Assembly (NCBI RefSeq): GCF_009914755.1
Contig: NC_060929.1
Length of the DNA: 64,000 nt
Source of the DNA: the human T2T-CHM13v2.0 reference genome, Homo sapiens
Direction: 5' to 3' (one strand)
The notes under the pieces are model-generated. The model was given only the letters and a program-made list of their open reading frames with translations. It made no database searches and had not been told where the DNA came from. Below are positions 41,130 to 55,091 of this stretch, piece by piece (position 1 is the stretch's first letter; each line of letters starts with the position of its first letter). The position numbers and the translations under genes were made by a program.

Positions 41130-41475
41130 TTGCTTTAATTTGCATAAACACAGGCATCATATGAATATTCAGTGAGTGGCTTTGCATTAAGTAAGTGCCC
41201 TTAATCAGCTTTTCAGTTCAGTTTTATTGGTTGCACGCACAGTCAGTTATTTCATCCAGAAAATCTGAAGGCCCTACAAACTAACCAGGTAAGGATTGTA
41301 ATTCCTTGATGCATTTAATGAAAGAATATTATCATTTGATTTCATAGGTTCTAGAGAATGCTAAAAACATGATGGTTTTTTTTTCCCTATGTTTTTTTCT
41401 TTCCTTGGTGGTCAGGTGGATGCATGATTCTCTAATTTGCATAAACATCAGCTCTATGAATAATTCATCAGGGTT
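41130..41475. promoter_or_regulatory. Candidate POU-factor enhancer (paired octamer + ATGAAT(A)ATTCA modules)
   Basis: TAATTTGCATAAACA occurs at ~41136 and ~41433, each followed ~10 bp later by TATGAAT(A)ATTCA; repeat-free context. Function is inferred from motifs only. Confidence 0.45.
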
Positions 41476-43311
41476 ATTTTAAACACTAGGCTTCTACTTT
41501 GGATGGCACTAGGGTACCACCATTTGATTGGCTGGATGCTGTTTTCATCACCAGCAGAATTCCTATAACATGAAAGCACCTAAAGGAGCTGAATTGAATA
41601 TACAGTTTTTGTTTTTTGAAAAATATCTGTTATCTTTTCAAAGCAAATTGTGCTGCTTTTCCCCTTCCCTACCATTAGAGCTTCTAGCTTTTCATAAATA
41701 CATTACAAGCTCAAATGTGGCTATTTGTAGACTTGACTGGTGTCTGTGATTTCTGGAGAATGGGGTAGCAGCTGTATTCTTCTGAACATGCATAAACATG
41801 AGCAACATGTAAATAAGAAACCATCACATGCATATGGAGCCCTGGACAGCTCCATTGCTAGGTTTCATCTATTTTCTTTATCAGAATCTTCTCTTTGAAT
41901 GATAACTTTGAGACTGTTTTATCTATTTTAAAATGCCATGAACAATTATGGTACTATATATGCATATAATAAGCATATATGATCAGACAAATTATTCCTT
42001 GTTGAATATGTTATTTATAGTTTTTTCTCAGCTCACCTGCAGATTTTTAAATTTGGTAGCTCTTTGTAATACAATAGTGGCAAGAGAAGTGTTAATCAAG
42101 AATGACCAGGATAATTAATTTAAATATTAGGGTGTAATTCACTCCCATAATTTACTAAAAATAAATTGTGCTTTTCTTTATGCTTGTGGAGATGAGGAAT
42201 ATGGAATTTCAAGGCATTCTTTGTTAGTCTTCTCAACATCACCCATTTGCCTCTCTGGTCTCAGAGTCCTCACTGACAAGATTCTCATTGTAAACATTTG
42301 TGAAAGTGAAACATTACAGACATACAGGACAGGAGAATGGTGCAAATTGAATTTAGTCTTTGGCACATTCCATTTTTGTTTTCCCACCCCATAGAGACAT
42401 ATCGCACAAATAAGATGCTAAGCAATTTCTGTTATGAAAGGTGTATTAAATGTTTTGTGCAATCAATTAGTCTGTGAAATCAACTATAAAATACTCCACA
42501 TTCACTGTATTTCCTATACATTGTATGGATAAAAATACCAAAGACATCTTTAATAGGGAATAAAGAAGGCTGAAATTTTTTCAGTATTTAATAGGTTTTC
42601 CACATGAAAATTTAAATGTTCCCTTTACATCAATTTTGCACTCTAATATTCTTCACTGATTTTTTGTAAATAATATGCAAATATATGAGTTACATATGAT
42701 GCTAAAACTGAAGAAAAATAAAATCCTTTTACTTTTTCTTTCTAGCTTTCTATTCATCTGATGATAGAGTTGGGCTAGTTCCTATTTTCCTTTATTTGAA
42801 TTATTTGTAATTAGGTGGGTCTATTTCTATTTTCTTTTCTTTTTTTTGCTATACCTTTGGAATAAAAATATTAAAGGAATAGTTCTGAGACAATACTCCT
42901 TCACTCAGGACCAATATTCATAAACACATTTGACATATTTGTTATACTGTCTGTTGTCAAATGCTCCATAATTTAAAAAATGGAGTAAGGAATTCAAAAC
43001 TAACATTGTTTAAAATGAGAGGAAATTGCAAATTTCTCTCAGAATTCCATGTGACCATATTAGGAATTGTGTTTTACATGTAATTATAAATAGTAATTTA
43101 AATCTCACATCTGCAGTGTGCTATGTTTAATTAAATCTTGCAAGATTCAATATGGATGCTGTTTAATTATCAGCCATTAAATGTTTACAGCTGTAATAAA
43201 CACCATGCAGTCTTTACCATTACTATATGAAGATTGTAGATTTGGAACCATTTAGCCAAAGATGCTATTTAAGTGGTGCTCATTCTATTGAATACTTTTT
43301 TAAAAACCAGC

Positions 43312-43313
<2 letters not shown>

Positions 43314-43346
<33 letters not shown>
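43314..43346. repeat. (TA)n microsatellite
   Basis: Read directly from the sequence. Confidence 0.95.
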
Positions 43347-43349
<3 letters not shown>

Positions 43350-43929
43350 CTCCAATGTTTATTTCTTTCATTTGTTTCAAAATAATCCAAATTATTTTCT
43401 AAACAAGAAATAAATTATAATTTCAGAAGATAGTCCTATTATTCTGTAGATCTGTAAATATATGTCTATAATTCTATTTTATGTGTGTATAATTTTGAAA
43501 GTGAAAAATTCTCATCTAATTCTTTTTGATTGAGCAATTGTGAAATGTACAATTTCACATGATAAACTGAATTTCTTTATGTTTTTGCCATTTATATTAT
43601 TTGTAGAAATCACTGAAGCTTCTTTAAAGAAAACATATTTTTAATAAAGTTGAAAACTGCAAAGCTAGTGAGTGACCAAAGAATTTACCTTCCATTTCAG
43701 TAAAGGATTCTTCCTAGAAGGGCAAGAAGCATCTTGTATTGTATAAGCCTTATTTAAAGAAAACAAAGCATTCAGTTAAATTTTAAAAAGAAATCATCAC
43801 ATCAATGAAATTAAAATTATAATACATTTCTAAGGAGGAAAAATAATTTATATCTTGCAAATACAGTCTTTTATTTCATGTAGTGCTTTTATATTTTTAG
43901 ACATTTTTAAAAGAAAAACAGTGAGATGT

Positions 43930-43963
<34 letters not shown>

Positions 43964-43972
43964 TATATATAC
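43930..43972. repeat. (TA)n(CA)n(TA)n microsatellite
   Basis: Read directly from the sequence. Confidence 0.95.
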
Positions 43973-45249
43973 ATTCATACTGTCAATTAAAAGATATTTT
44001 CATTAACATCTATCTGACCATCCTGCATGTGGTGAACAAAAAAAATCCATACACTGTTATCTGTAATTTTGCATCCTTGTTTTAATCTTCTGATTACATT
44101 GTCAAAAAAATGTTAGTGAGGGATTTAAGCAATTAAGACAGTGTATATATCATTGCTAAATCCACTGGTAGTTAAGGAAAATTGCAACCAACCAGTGCTT
44201 TAGTCTGAAAAGGATAAAACCTAAGTTAATCTACATGGAGTGAAGTACTAAACGAGGAATATTTTGTCTGCACAAAAGTTTTGGAACTGAATGATACCTT
44301 AAGGCAAGAAATATCAATTAGCTCATATACATCCCCTAGCAAATTCACACACCTTTATGAGAGACTGTTCTCAATGAAGATAAGATAGACCCTCTTAATC
44401 TAAACTTAATCTGACTGGTGGTTGTAAGTGTATGACTTGCACACCTATTTTCAAATCCCTCCACCCAGTGGCACTCATCGCACAGGAACCCAATCATTCA
44501 GATTTGCAAACTTACTTAAAGCTTTCTTGTCATTGTTCTGAATGGATACTGTTTAAACCTAGATGGACAAAATAAGTCAGACTTAATAACCTGTGTCTGA
44601 GTTAGCCAGTTAAGTTTCTTAGCACAGAAAAGGATGAGGAGGAGGAGGGGTGTGGCTTACTTTTGAGCTTTCCTGTTCTGATTGGAGCTCCCTCTACCAC
44701 TCTAATTGCTCAACTCCATTAGTTAGAACTGTATACTTAATTTTTTAATAGGGTTAAATTTTATAAAGTTATTGGGTAACTTGAATTTGTATAGCTACTC
44801 TTAAAATATGATCCTAATTATAATTAGGTTATCACCCAATCGAAATAAAAATGCTGTAAGCTTTGGTAGTGTGTTTTGTAATTAAATTTTTAATTCAGAC
44901 CCCGTTTGAAATTTCCCAGTGGCATTCTGAACTTAGTGATTAGGGAAGCAAACAAGTAATATTTGGGGTTAAAATTCCATTTTAAATATTATTTTGGGTG
45001 AAAATAAACCACTTTCTGTCTCCTTTTATCATACTATTTATCAAAGGCATATATGACATATTGATAGTCTACCTGGAATGGATACTTAAAACAGAAAAAC
45101 TTTTAGAAGGAATGTTTAATAAAGGAGGATCTTTTAGGATTACCATGTGTTCTTTTTGTGTTTGTTTGTATAGTGCATTAAATATACAGATTTTTAATAG
45201 TGAATTTTAAATAAATATATCCGGATTCAAATAGTATTATATATAGTAT

Positions 45250-45830
45250 TTTTTATATTTCTACTTATAAGTGAGGCTGGTTAAAAATGGAGGCATTATA
45301 TTTTTTTCATCAAGTTATGGTATCAAAATTATATTAGCCTTATAAAATGTGTTGGACAGTTTTACTTCTTCCATTTTCTCTGATACAAATTGTACATGAA
45401 TTATCCATTTCTTCAAGTTTGGTATAAATTGACTATAAATCCATCTGGGCCATGTATTTTTTGGGAGGAATCTTTTTTTTTTATTCAATTTCTTAAGTGG
45501 TAGTGATCAGTTGGGTTATTTATTTCTTATTGCGTGTATTTTGATTATGTATATTTTTCTAAGAAATTTTTCTTTTCATCTAAGTTTTCAATTTCACTAA
45601 CATAAACTTATTCATTGTATTTCTTATGACATAAAACTTGTACTATGTGAACAATATGTCTCCTTTTCATTTTGTATTTTATTTGTCTGTGATTTTCTAT
45701 TTTCCTCCCCTTGGACTTTCTTGTAAGAGTTTTGTCTATTATCAGTCCTTTCAACGTAACAGTTTGGGGTTTTGCATCTTACTGATACTATGTCCTTGTT
45801 CTTCATTTCATTGATTTTTGATCTTTAAAG
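45250..45830 (-). mobile_element. Ancient L1M ORF2 fragment, antisense
   Basis: ATAAATCCATCTGGGCC...TTTTTCTAAGAAATTTTTCTTTTCATCTAAGTTTTCAATTTC. Confidence 0.7.
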
Positions 45831-48166
45831 CTTTGTGGTCTTGGATTCCTTAGAGGTATCTCTAAGAATTGTACCAGATCTAAAATTCTATGATTCTATG
45901 AAAAGTTATTCGATCTTTAGAAGCCAATGGAACTCTCACATAAACATAAAAGGAAGTGGGATACTAGTTTTTATTGGGTGAATTTACTTATGTAGATATC
46001 CTCTGTCTGGAGTAATCACAACTAGAGTATTTCACATTGCTATGAGTAGACTTTAGCCTTTAAGGAAATCTACTTGGAAAGACTCTTGCAACTCATGATA
46101 ATAATATGATTTAAAAAATATTTTTAGAAAGTCTATCATTTTATTTAGACAGAGGGAACTCAATCTGCAGAGTAGTATTTGGGATATGTTGTTCTCAGAA
46201 TTAAAAACCAACACATTAATTGCTTAGAAAAGGTTTGTGAAAAGTTCACAATATAACATGAAATCATTTTATACTCATATAAAGGGTCACTAAATCTAGT
46301 TGGGGTTTTTTTTTTTACATTTTCTATTTTGTGAGTGGACCACTCATATAAAATTATTTCAAAATCAAGCAAAGCTAATAAAAGTTCACCAGGATTCCTT
46401 GAAAGCATTTTCTTAGTAAAATAAAATTCATGCCTTTGGTATCTTAACATTAAGTCAAGTTAAACTCTTGGTTAATAAATAGACACATACACAAATCACA
46501 GACTGAATTCTTATCTGAGTGAAGAGTTGGCTTTTGTTTGCTTGCTTATTTACTTGCCTTTTGGTGAACTGTCCTAAGATGAATTGTTTATTCATAATAG
46601 CATTTATTATTTTTCTCTTAGCCTGCTAATGTGATAAATTGTATGGACTTAACAAATGTTGTAACTGATACTACATATTGGAACTATTTGAGATTTTATG
46701 CAAACATACTTAAATAAACTGTAGGAAGAAAATGAGAACTTTTTTGAATACAGTATTTTAACAAAATGATCTGTTGTCTTTTGGAATATAGTAACTTGGA
46801 GAACTATAACATTAGACTTTTATCATCAGTTTTAACCCCTTTACCCCTCTTTGATTTATAGAACACTAGTTTGACATACTTTAGTTAATAAAGTCACTGG
46901 TTCATTTATCTGCTTAAAATGGTAATATAAATTTGAGAAGGTTGAAATAATTCTTTAAAGATTGGTATGATATACAAGTGATCCAAGATGTAGAAAATAA
47001 TTTTCTCTCAAATATAAATCATACTTACTGAAAATACTTTTCTAGACATGATTATTTTTATTCCAATGTGATCAGTTTTACATTTGCTTTTTAACATGGT
47101 TTCAAGAGTAATTTTCTACTTATTCCAAGGTCTGTAAATTGTTTAGTTCAATATCTGGTTCCCAGATACTTGTATCAAAATATGTCTGAGCTTGCACCTA
47201 TATTTTCACATGAAATTAGAACATTAAACCTAACTTCAAATACTCAATTCTGTGATTCTTTTTCTCTGGGAATATCCAAATTCGTTTGCCACTAATTTTA
47301 AAGTCTTCTGGTCACAGTAAGAAGAATTTTGCCTACAAACAGACTATTTTAATAAGTTATATAAAGTACCCTGGAGAGAATTTGATTTCACATAGAAAAG
47401 ATAAGAAAGTCTCAATAATAGTTGCTTCTTGATACATCTGAGACAATAAATTATATTTTAAAAGTAGTAATATCAAGATTTTGAGGGTTTTTACTAATAA
47501 TTAACTTACAATACTTTTGTGCAATGTGATAGGATTTTTACCTGGTGGCCGATTTGTATAACATAATGGAACAAGCTGGGAATAGACTCAAATCTCATAA
47601 CAGGCCTTGCAATTATATAAGTACTCTCCTGGAAAGGCATTATCATTCTTTTTAATGTAGAATGCAACATTATTTTGCCAGTATTTATATTTCATAAATT
47701 AAACATCAAATGTCTTCTGTCTTCTAGTTCGTTCTGTGAGAAATAAATGATAAATAACTTTTTATAAGAACTGAGACTCACATGAGGCAATCTGTTGAGG
47801 GGAAGCCACAATAAAAAAATATGTTGCTACAAATACTTCTCTTTTTATGTCAAAATTTGTAGGATTTTTCTCCGTATATTATCAGAAACAGAGAGGAATC
47901 TTGCCTCAAGTATTCATCCACTTCTTCTGTTTTATTCTCCACCTTAAATGCTAATCTTAGCTTATTATACCACTATAATTCTCATTGAGACTTATTGTAA
48001 TATTCCAAACAATAGATCCAAACATGAGAAGGAAAATAAGGAGAAATTGCAGGTGATGATTTAACAAAAAAAAAAAAAAAAGCAAAAAAGAAATTCATGT
48101 AAATGCTTGAATGTGAGGCAAGAGAGACAGTGAAAGAGAGAAAAGAATAAAAGAATATTACAATAT

Positions 48167-49697
48167 GCATATGCAAAAGAATGAAGTTGAGTCCTTATTC
48201 TACACAATATACAAAAGTTAACTCAAAATGCATTGATAACCTAAATGTAACACTCCAAGCCAAAAAACTCCTAGAAGGAAACACAAATGAAAATCTTCAT
48301 GACATTAGATTTGGCAATCGTTTCTTGGAAATGTACCCAAAGCATAGGCGGCAAATGCAAATATAGATAAATGGGACTATATCAAACTAAAAAACTTCTG
48401 TACAACAAAGAAAACAATCAATAGACTGAAAAGGCAACATATGAAATGCAAGAAAATGTTGGAAATCATTAATCTGAGAAGTTAGTGTCCAGAATATTTA
48501 AAGAACTCCTATAACTCAACAACAAAAAACCATCCAATTAAAAATTAGGCAAAGAACTTGAAAAGATGCTTCTCTAAGGATCATATACAAATGGTCAGCA
48601 AGCATATGAAAATATGCTCAATAGCAGTAACCATTAGAGAAATGCAGATCAAAACCACAATGAAATACTACTGTATATCCATCAGGTTGGTTAATATCAA
48701 AAGGACAGAAAATAAGTGTTGGTGAGGATGTGGAGAAATTAGAAACCTTATGCACTGTTGGTGAGATTTTAAAATAGAGCACCTGCTGTGGAAAGCAGTA
48801 TGGTGGTTCCTGAAGAAATTAAAGTTATAACTTCATATTACACAGTAGTCACACTTCTGGATATACAGTGGTCTCTTGGTATCTGTGGGAGACGGCTTCC
48901 AGGACTTCTAGAGAAAATCAAAATTTATGAACGTTCAAGTCCTTGATATAAAATAGCACAGTATTTGCATATAACCCATCACATCCTCCCATATACATTA
49001 AATCATCTCTAGATTACTTCTAATACCCAATATAATGTAAATGGTTATTATACTATATCATTTAGGGAATAATGACAAGAAAAAAATGTCTGTACACATT
49101 CAGTGGAGGTGCAATATTTGTTTCCAAACACTTTGATCCATGGTTGATTGAATCCACAGATGGAAAACCCATGGATATAGGGGGCCAACTAAGTATCTAA
49201 AAAAATTTAAAGCAAGATCTCAAAGAGACATTTGCATATTCATGTTCATGGCAACATTATTCACAATAATCAAGAGGTGGGAACACACAAGTGTCCATCA
49301 CTGGATGAGTGGCTAAACAATATGTGTCTATACACACAATAAAATATTATTTAGCCTTAAAAAGGAAGGATATTCTTTCACATACTACAACATGAATGAA
49401 CTGTGAGGGCATTATGCTAAGTGAAATAAGACTGTCACAAAAGGATAAATACCAGATGATTCCATTTATACAAGGCATTGGCAGTAGTTAAACTCACAAA
49501 ACAGAATGGTGGTTGCCAGAAGCTGGGAGGAAGGAGAAATGGGGAATTGTTCAATGGGTATAGAGCTTCAGTTTTGCAACATGGAAAAATTCTACAGGTA
49601 ATTGCACAATGTGAATATTCTTAACACTACTGAACTGTACACTTTAAAATGGTAAATTTTCTCTTATGATTTTTTGTACTACAATAAAAAAATTTAA
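48167..49697 (+). mobile_element. L1MA/MB ORF2 3' part and 3' UTR, interrupted by MER2
   Basis: ATGCAAAAGAATGAAGTTG...AAATGCAGATCAAAACCACAATGA...AACACTACTGAACTGTACACTT...ACAATAAAAAAA. Confidence 0.92.
48866..49192 (+). mobile_element. MER2 DNA transposon, near full-length, inserted at a TA in L1
   Basis: TA|CAGTGGTCTCTTGGTATCTG...GTATTTGCATATAACC...TAGGGAATAATGACAAG...GGATATAGGGGGCCAACT. Confidence 0.9.
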
Positions 49698-51269
49698 AAG
49701 AACGTTGCATAATTCAATATGCACTAAGAAATATAGATGATTTTGCCAAACTTTTCACTATTAAGAAAATTGATTTAAAGTGAATTTAAAAATATATCTC
49801 CACAAATTTTTGAAAGAATAGTGTAATGCCAAAGTATTTTTATAGTGAAAGTCAGTAACATACACAAACTTAGAGTTTGAAAAATCTGGATAATTGTTAC
49901 ATTATATTGAACAAACAGGCAATTTGGCAAACCAAAAAAATGTTCATTTCATTCTAAATGTTATCTACTTATATTAGCTTTTGAGAGACTTAGAGCACAT
50001 TTATATTTTATTTTATATCCTGATTAGAATTTTTATCATTTTATGCTTCTAGTATTTTAAATTATACAACTGTACATCTAGCTCTTTATCCATCCATCCA
50101 CCCACCATGCAGTCATGTGTGTAATATTTATAATATATAATTTTCCTCCTTTTTCTTCCCTCTACATTGTAATACCTGTGAATTATTACCATTGCTATGT
50201 ATCTCCAAATATCTTAATTTTCTAAGAACTTAAAGAATGATGAAAGAAGATTCGTTACAATTTTTAAGAATTATCATAATACTTGATGATACTGTGAGGC
50301 AAATCTTGTACTTTTTTATCTGTTTATAAAATCTCTGAAATGATAAGGGACAGCAAACTTTACTCTTACCCTTTTCTTAAACTAAATGAAAAGGGAGCTG
50401 GATCATGATTCACAATAGATGATCTTCTCACTCACTAATAACAACTATTGCGTTTGCCATTCTTCACACCAGTTGCTGTGTCAGGACAACCACATATTTT
50501 GTACAGCGCTCTCTAGCACGTGTTTTGAAATTTATCCTCCAGAGACCATCTGCTATAAATGGGCTGCAGTGCAGTTAATGAATATTTTATTGCTTTCTCT
50601 CCTTTTTCTGATCTAGAATGGAAACCATGGGGAAAATGTGAAGTGTCAAATTGACAGAGATGTTTCATTGATCCACTCATTCTCCGAAAGTGTTTTGTTA
50701 AGTATATGTGTGTATTTTATGTAATCAATTTACTAATGCAGATACACATCAGGGAAAACATGAAAGACTCAATATTAATGTGTCTAATTTTTAAGCATAA
50801 TTTCTGCCATTATGAGTGCATCACTTTTTATTAACTTGAAATAAAATAGCCATTGACTGGAAGAATGAATCTAACAGGTCATACGTTCTCTAGAAAGTCA
50901 ACTGTTATGAGAAAATCTGTAGTGAAATTATTCACCACCACCATATTTCTGTTGTCACTAAAAGATCATCTTTGCCTTGTGCTCCTGTGAAATAGTGCTA
51001 AATTTCTCAGATTGTTATTTGTCTACCACAGAATGAATGAGAGGTCCAGGTCAAATTTGGGGCATTACCCTTCCAAGTTCCTTCTTTCTGGGATAATTAA
51101 TGAAATAACTCTGTTACTATTAGTGAATCGGTGTCTTGCAACATCACCCCTTTGCACTCCAGCAACTTCATATACGTTTTCTATGGTTTTAAAACACATC
51201 AGCTAAAATATCATGTGAAATCTGACAAGTTTATATTGCTCTGGCCAAGTGGTGCAATTAAAGGAGAAC

Positions 51270-51720
51270 ACTTATTGAAGATCTAGTATGTGTCCAATAT
51301 CGTGTTAAACATTTTAGATGTATCATCTCATTTTATCCTCACAACCACACTAATATGTATGTACTTATGATTCACAGTATGTGCTCATGGTTCACAGCTG
51401 CATACCTCTCCAGGAATTCCCCCAGCTGAAGGTAGCTCCCTCACTTGATGGTAGAATAAAGGAAGAGAACAGCGAGGAGTTCAAAATGACTGAAGAGATG
51501 TGCCAGGAACTGGAGTCATGCCAAACAGCTGAAGTGTTATTCCTTAGGCCATTGTACTTAGGATTAAGTAATATATATATAAGTTGACATAAAATGTAGG
51601 TATGATCTACATTTTATAATTGTGGAAGTTCAAGTTAAGAAAGGCCAAACAACTTATTCAAGGCCGCACATCTACTAAGTTGAAAGTTGGGTTAGTCTAA
51701 TGCAAAGGCCTATACACTTT
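51270..51720 (-). mobile_element. MIR fragments with an intervening LTR-like segment
   Basis: TATCATCTCATTTTATCCTCACAACCAC at the left and AACTTATTCAAGGCCGCACATCTACTAAG at the right; the middle (51380-51450) resembles an ERVL LTR33/16 piece. Confidence 0.5.
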
Positions 51721-52369
51721 ATAGTATATCATGTGGACCCCAGGTTAATATTGATAGCCCTTTACATTATGAATTAAATTAGAATTATGGTAGATAAGTT
51801 CATTGCATTTCTAAAATAAAAGTAGAAACTGAAAGAAAAATTTGAGTTCTTATTATATAATGAACACTATGCAAGTTTTCCAAATGCTTTCAAATGTTTT
51901 CTGCTGAAACCTTAAGATAAAATTAGATAATTTCTACAGATAAATGTGATACATATGGTTAGAATTCTGAACTCTAGACTTCATTTCTAGTTAATATAGT
52001 ACATATTTTTCTCAATTAAGGTGGATAATTCATTCTTTTAACCTCATATAAACATTATAATTATGTAGGTTTTGCTTTTAGATGGATTAAATGATTTTTT
52101 TGTTGACAAATCAATCTATTTACTCATCAAATATTTGCTGAGTATATACTATATGCCAGGCACCCTTCTAGGTGTGGGAGTTGAGCAATGAATGAGAAAT
52201 ATATGTGCCTATGAATTTCTAGTCTACTGATTTTCATCTCTGGAACAAACTCACACACTACATTGAAATACATTAAAGTTATAGACAATATGCCTATTCA
52301 ATAACTGTTTTCTGCCATTAGTTTGATTCAAGTTGTCGACATGATCAAAACATCAAACCTGGGGTACAT

Positions 52370-52405
52370 GAACTTAAAGTATAATAATAATAAAAATACA
52401 TTCTA
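52370..52405 (+). mobile_element. Extremely 5'-truncated L1PA (last ~20 nt plus tail)
   Basis: GAACTTAAAGTATAATAATAATAAAAA is the L1PA terminus, flanked by a diverged 23-bp direct repeat (52347-52369 and 52406-52428). Confidence 0.6.
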
Positions 52406-53804
52406 AAAAAATCGAACCTAAGGTATATTTTAATCTACTTATTGGTAAAAACAATTCCTTCATTTTTTTTTAGTCTCAAGAATTGAGTAGAAACAAAGCC
52501 GAGACAGGCATTTAGTTAAAACAGTAATCTTACCTCTTTCAGTCAACAAATAGCATAAATAGCAAATTCTTAAATGAAGTAAGTGGTGGTGTTGCTGAAT
52601 CTTGTTTAATGAGTTTTTGGTAATCATGTCTCTTATGTTCCTTTGCTTTCTTATCTCTATTTCTGTATCTAATGCCTAAGTCGTTTAGTTTACATGGATC
52701 TCATTATCTCTCAGCATCTTTACATTCACCCTTTTTCATATTTATTTTCACTCATTGACCTTGCTTTTTCCGTTTCTCCATTATTTCCTTGCTTCTGAAT
52801 TGATGGCATAAAAAGATTCAAATCCATTGTATATGTGAAGGTGTCTAGTACGTGTAGTTACAATGCTATGATATAGTACTGTGATGTTTCAGCATATATG
52901 TTGAGCCATTACAAATTTTGTTCAGGTCTTAAAATTCATTATTATGAATATATGAATTTTCTTTATTTTCTTATTACTTGAACAGAATTTAAAAGATAGA
53001 AAAATATAGAGAATAAGGGTGAAATTCCCCCACAAAATGCAAATATGCCCATATAAAAATTTTTCCCAGTAAAAAGTGGACAGACCAGAAACAAAAAGGG
53101 GAAAAATAAGTAATATTCACAAAAGCTAATGTAGGTGCTTCTTCTTTAATTTACACACAAGTGGGCATAAAAATTGAAAAACAATTGTTAGGTAGAAAGT
53201 AGACTTTTTAAACCTTTGCTGCTGGTGGGTAATTGACACAGGAAGGGAGCTTTGAGCAAAGACTTTTGGGTACAAGAGACGGAGCTGTTTTCTTCCTGTC
53301 AAAGCCACTACATCAAAGAGAATGTGTTTAAACATTTTCCCTAGTAGTTGACTTACTTTCAGAATTGGAAAACTTAGCCTGAAATTGAAATTACAGTATT
53401 TGCCTATATATGTGCATTAGAAAATAGAAATAGACCTAGAAATAGCCTGTGATATAGAATTACAATTGGTGAATACTCTGCACTTTTAAAATCAAAACTT
53501 TGAACAATATGCTATTAGCCTATTGAGATTCACACAGGGAAGCAGATAATTGACATGAATTAGGACATAGTTGATGTTGATTTAGTGACATCACCAGATG
53601 ATAAAAGAAGTGGCCGACACAGGAACAATGGCAAAGATATGCTGCATAGCTACACCACAGTTAAAGTACAGACAAATATTGTAAAATTATTTATTTATAT
53701 ATTAATTTATTGGGATTGCATAATTTATTGAAAATCTGGGCACTATGATAGATGTGAGGAATATAACAGTGAACGAAACAAATACAAACAAAAAAATATA
53801 TAGT

Positions 53805-54332
53805 GGTATATACACTGGATAGTGGTAGTACACACTGCCTACCCAGTACCTACTCTTCCCTTTCCCTTAGTAAAAACAAAAAACAAAACCCAAAAAACTC
53901 TATACTATTGGGACCACTAAAGTGCTCAGATAATAATGACACTTTCCATCCTCCCTTTCAAATAGACGTGGCCAGTGAAATGTAAGTAGAAGCCAATGGA
54001 TGAGTTTTTCAAGAAAGTTATTCAGCTGGGAGGTATATTCCTCTGCACCTGCTCCTTTCTCCTTTCTCCTATCCAGAATATGAATATAATGCCTGGAGCT
54101 GAAGCAGCCATTTTGAGATCAAGAGACAACTGGAAGATAGAAACAATATTTGAAAATGTAGTGCAGAAAAAATGGAGGCTGGTTCTCTGGCAAATTCTCA
54201 GAGTAATTGTAGAAGTTCAGAAAAAACTCATCTCTGAATTCCTTCCGCATGAAAAATAAAATCATTTATTCATCTTGCTGAAGCTATTATTACTTGGGTT
54301 TTGAAAGATATGAAGCTCTTTCTAATCTTGAC
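53805..54332 (+). mobile_element. ERVL-MaLR LTR (MLT1J-like)
   Basis: GGCCAGTGAAATGTAAGTAGAAG...ATGCCTGGAGCTGAAGCAGCCATTTTG...AAAATAAAATC...GAAGCTATT. Confidence 0.75.
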
Positions 54333-55091
54333 AGATTCCTACATAATAGAGAAAATACATTACTTCTAACACAAACATGAATTTATATACATATTGAAAT
54401 GTTATTCCAGATAAGGATTTGGTTATTTCCAACCAAATCCTCCATGTAACCCTACCACCACTCCAGGCTTACAAAGCCCTCAGTTGAAAGACTGCTTTCC
54501 TAAGAAAATATTTAAAGTATTTTAAGAAAAGTTGTCTAACCAGAGAACCTGGTCAATCATTCTAAGCAGTTTTTGGTGTTCAGGATGGATGAACTAGCCA
54601 AGAGCCTCTCACCCAATAAATTCCAAGGTAAACTGCTCTTGTGTTATGCTTTCTCTTGTGTCTGCTTTGCTTTCAACTTCACCATTTTCTAAATTTTCAT
54701 AACACATCCTTTATATCAAAATTAATTGTTGAATTAACTAACTTTAATAATTTTATCTCTTCAGTAGAATTACCCTTGCAACAAGAACACTGTTTCCTCA
54801 TACTAGGTTAGTGGCCATGCTCAGACTAGGACAGGCTACTCAGTTATTAACTAGATGACTCCATGATCCACGGATCCTTGTTCAGTGACTAAAACATGGT
54901 CTTGCCATTTTTATAGGAATATTTTAAGTTTTTTAGTGTTTCTATCTGTATGTCTTATAAGCTAAATATGTTTTATGACAACATTTAAGAGTTTCATCTT
55001 TTGTTGCAATTTACAGAAGTATTTTTAGAAGGGTGTCTTTAGAGGAGATCTTAGTGATATATTTAGTAACATTACTCAACGTGTTGCTTTT

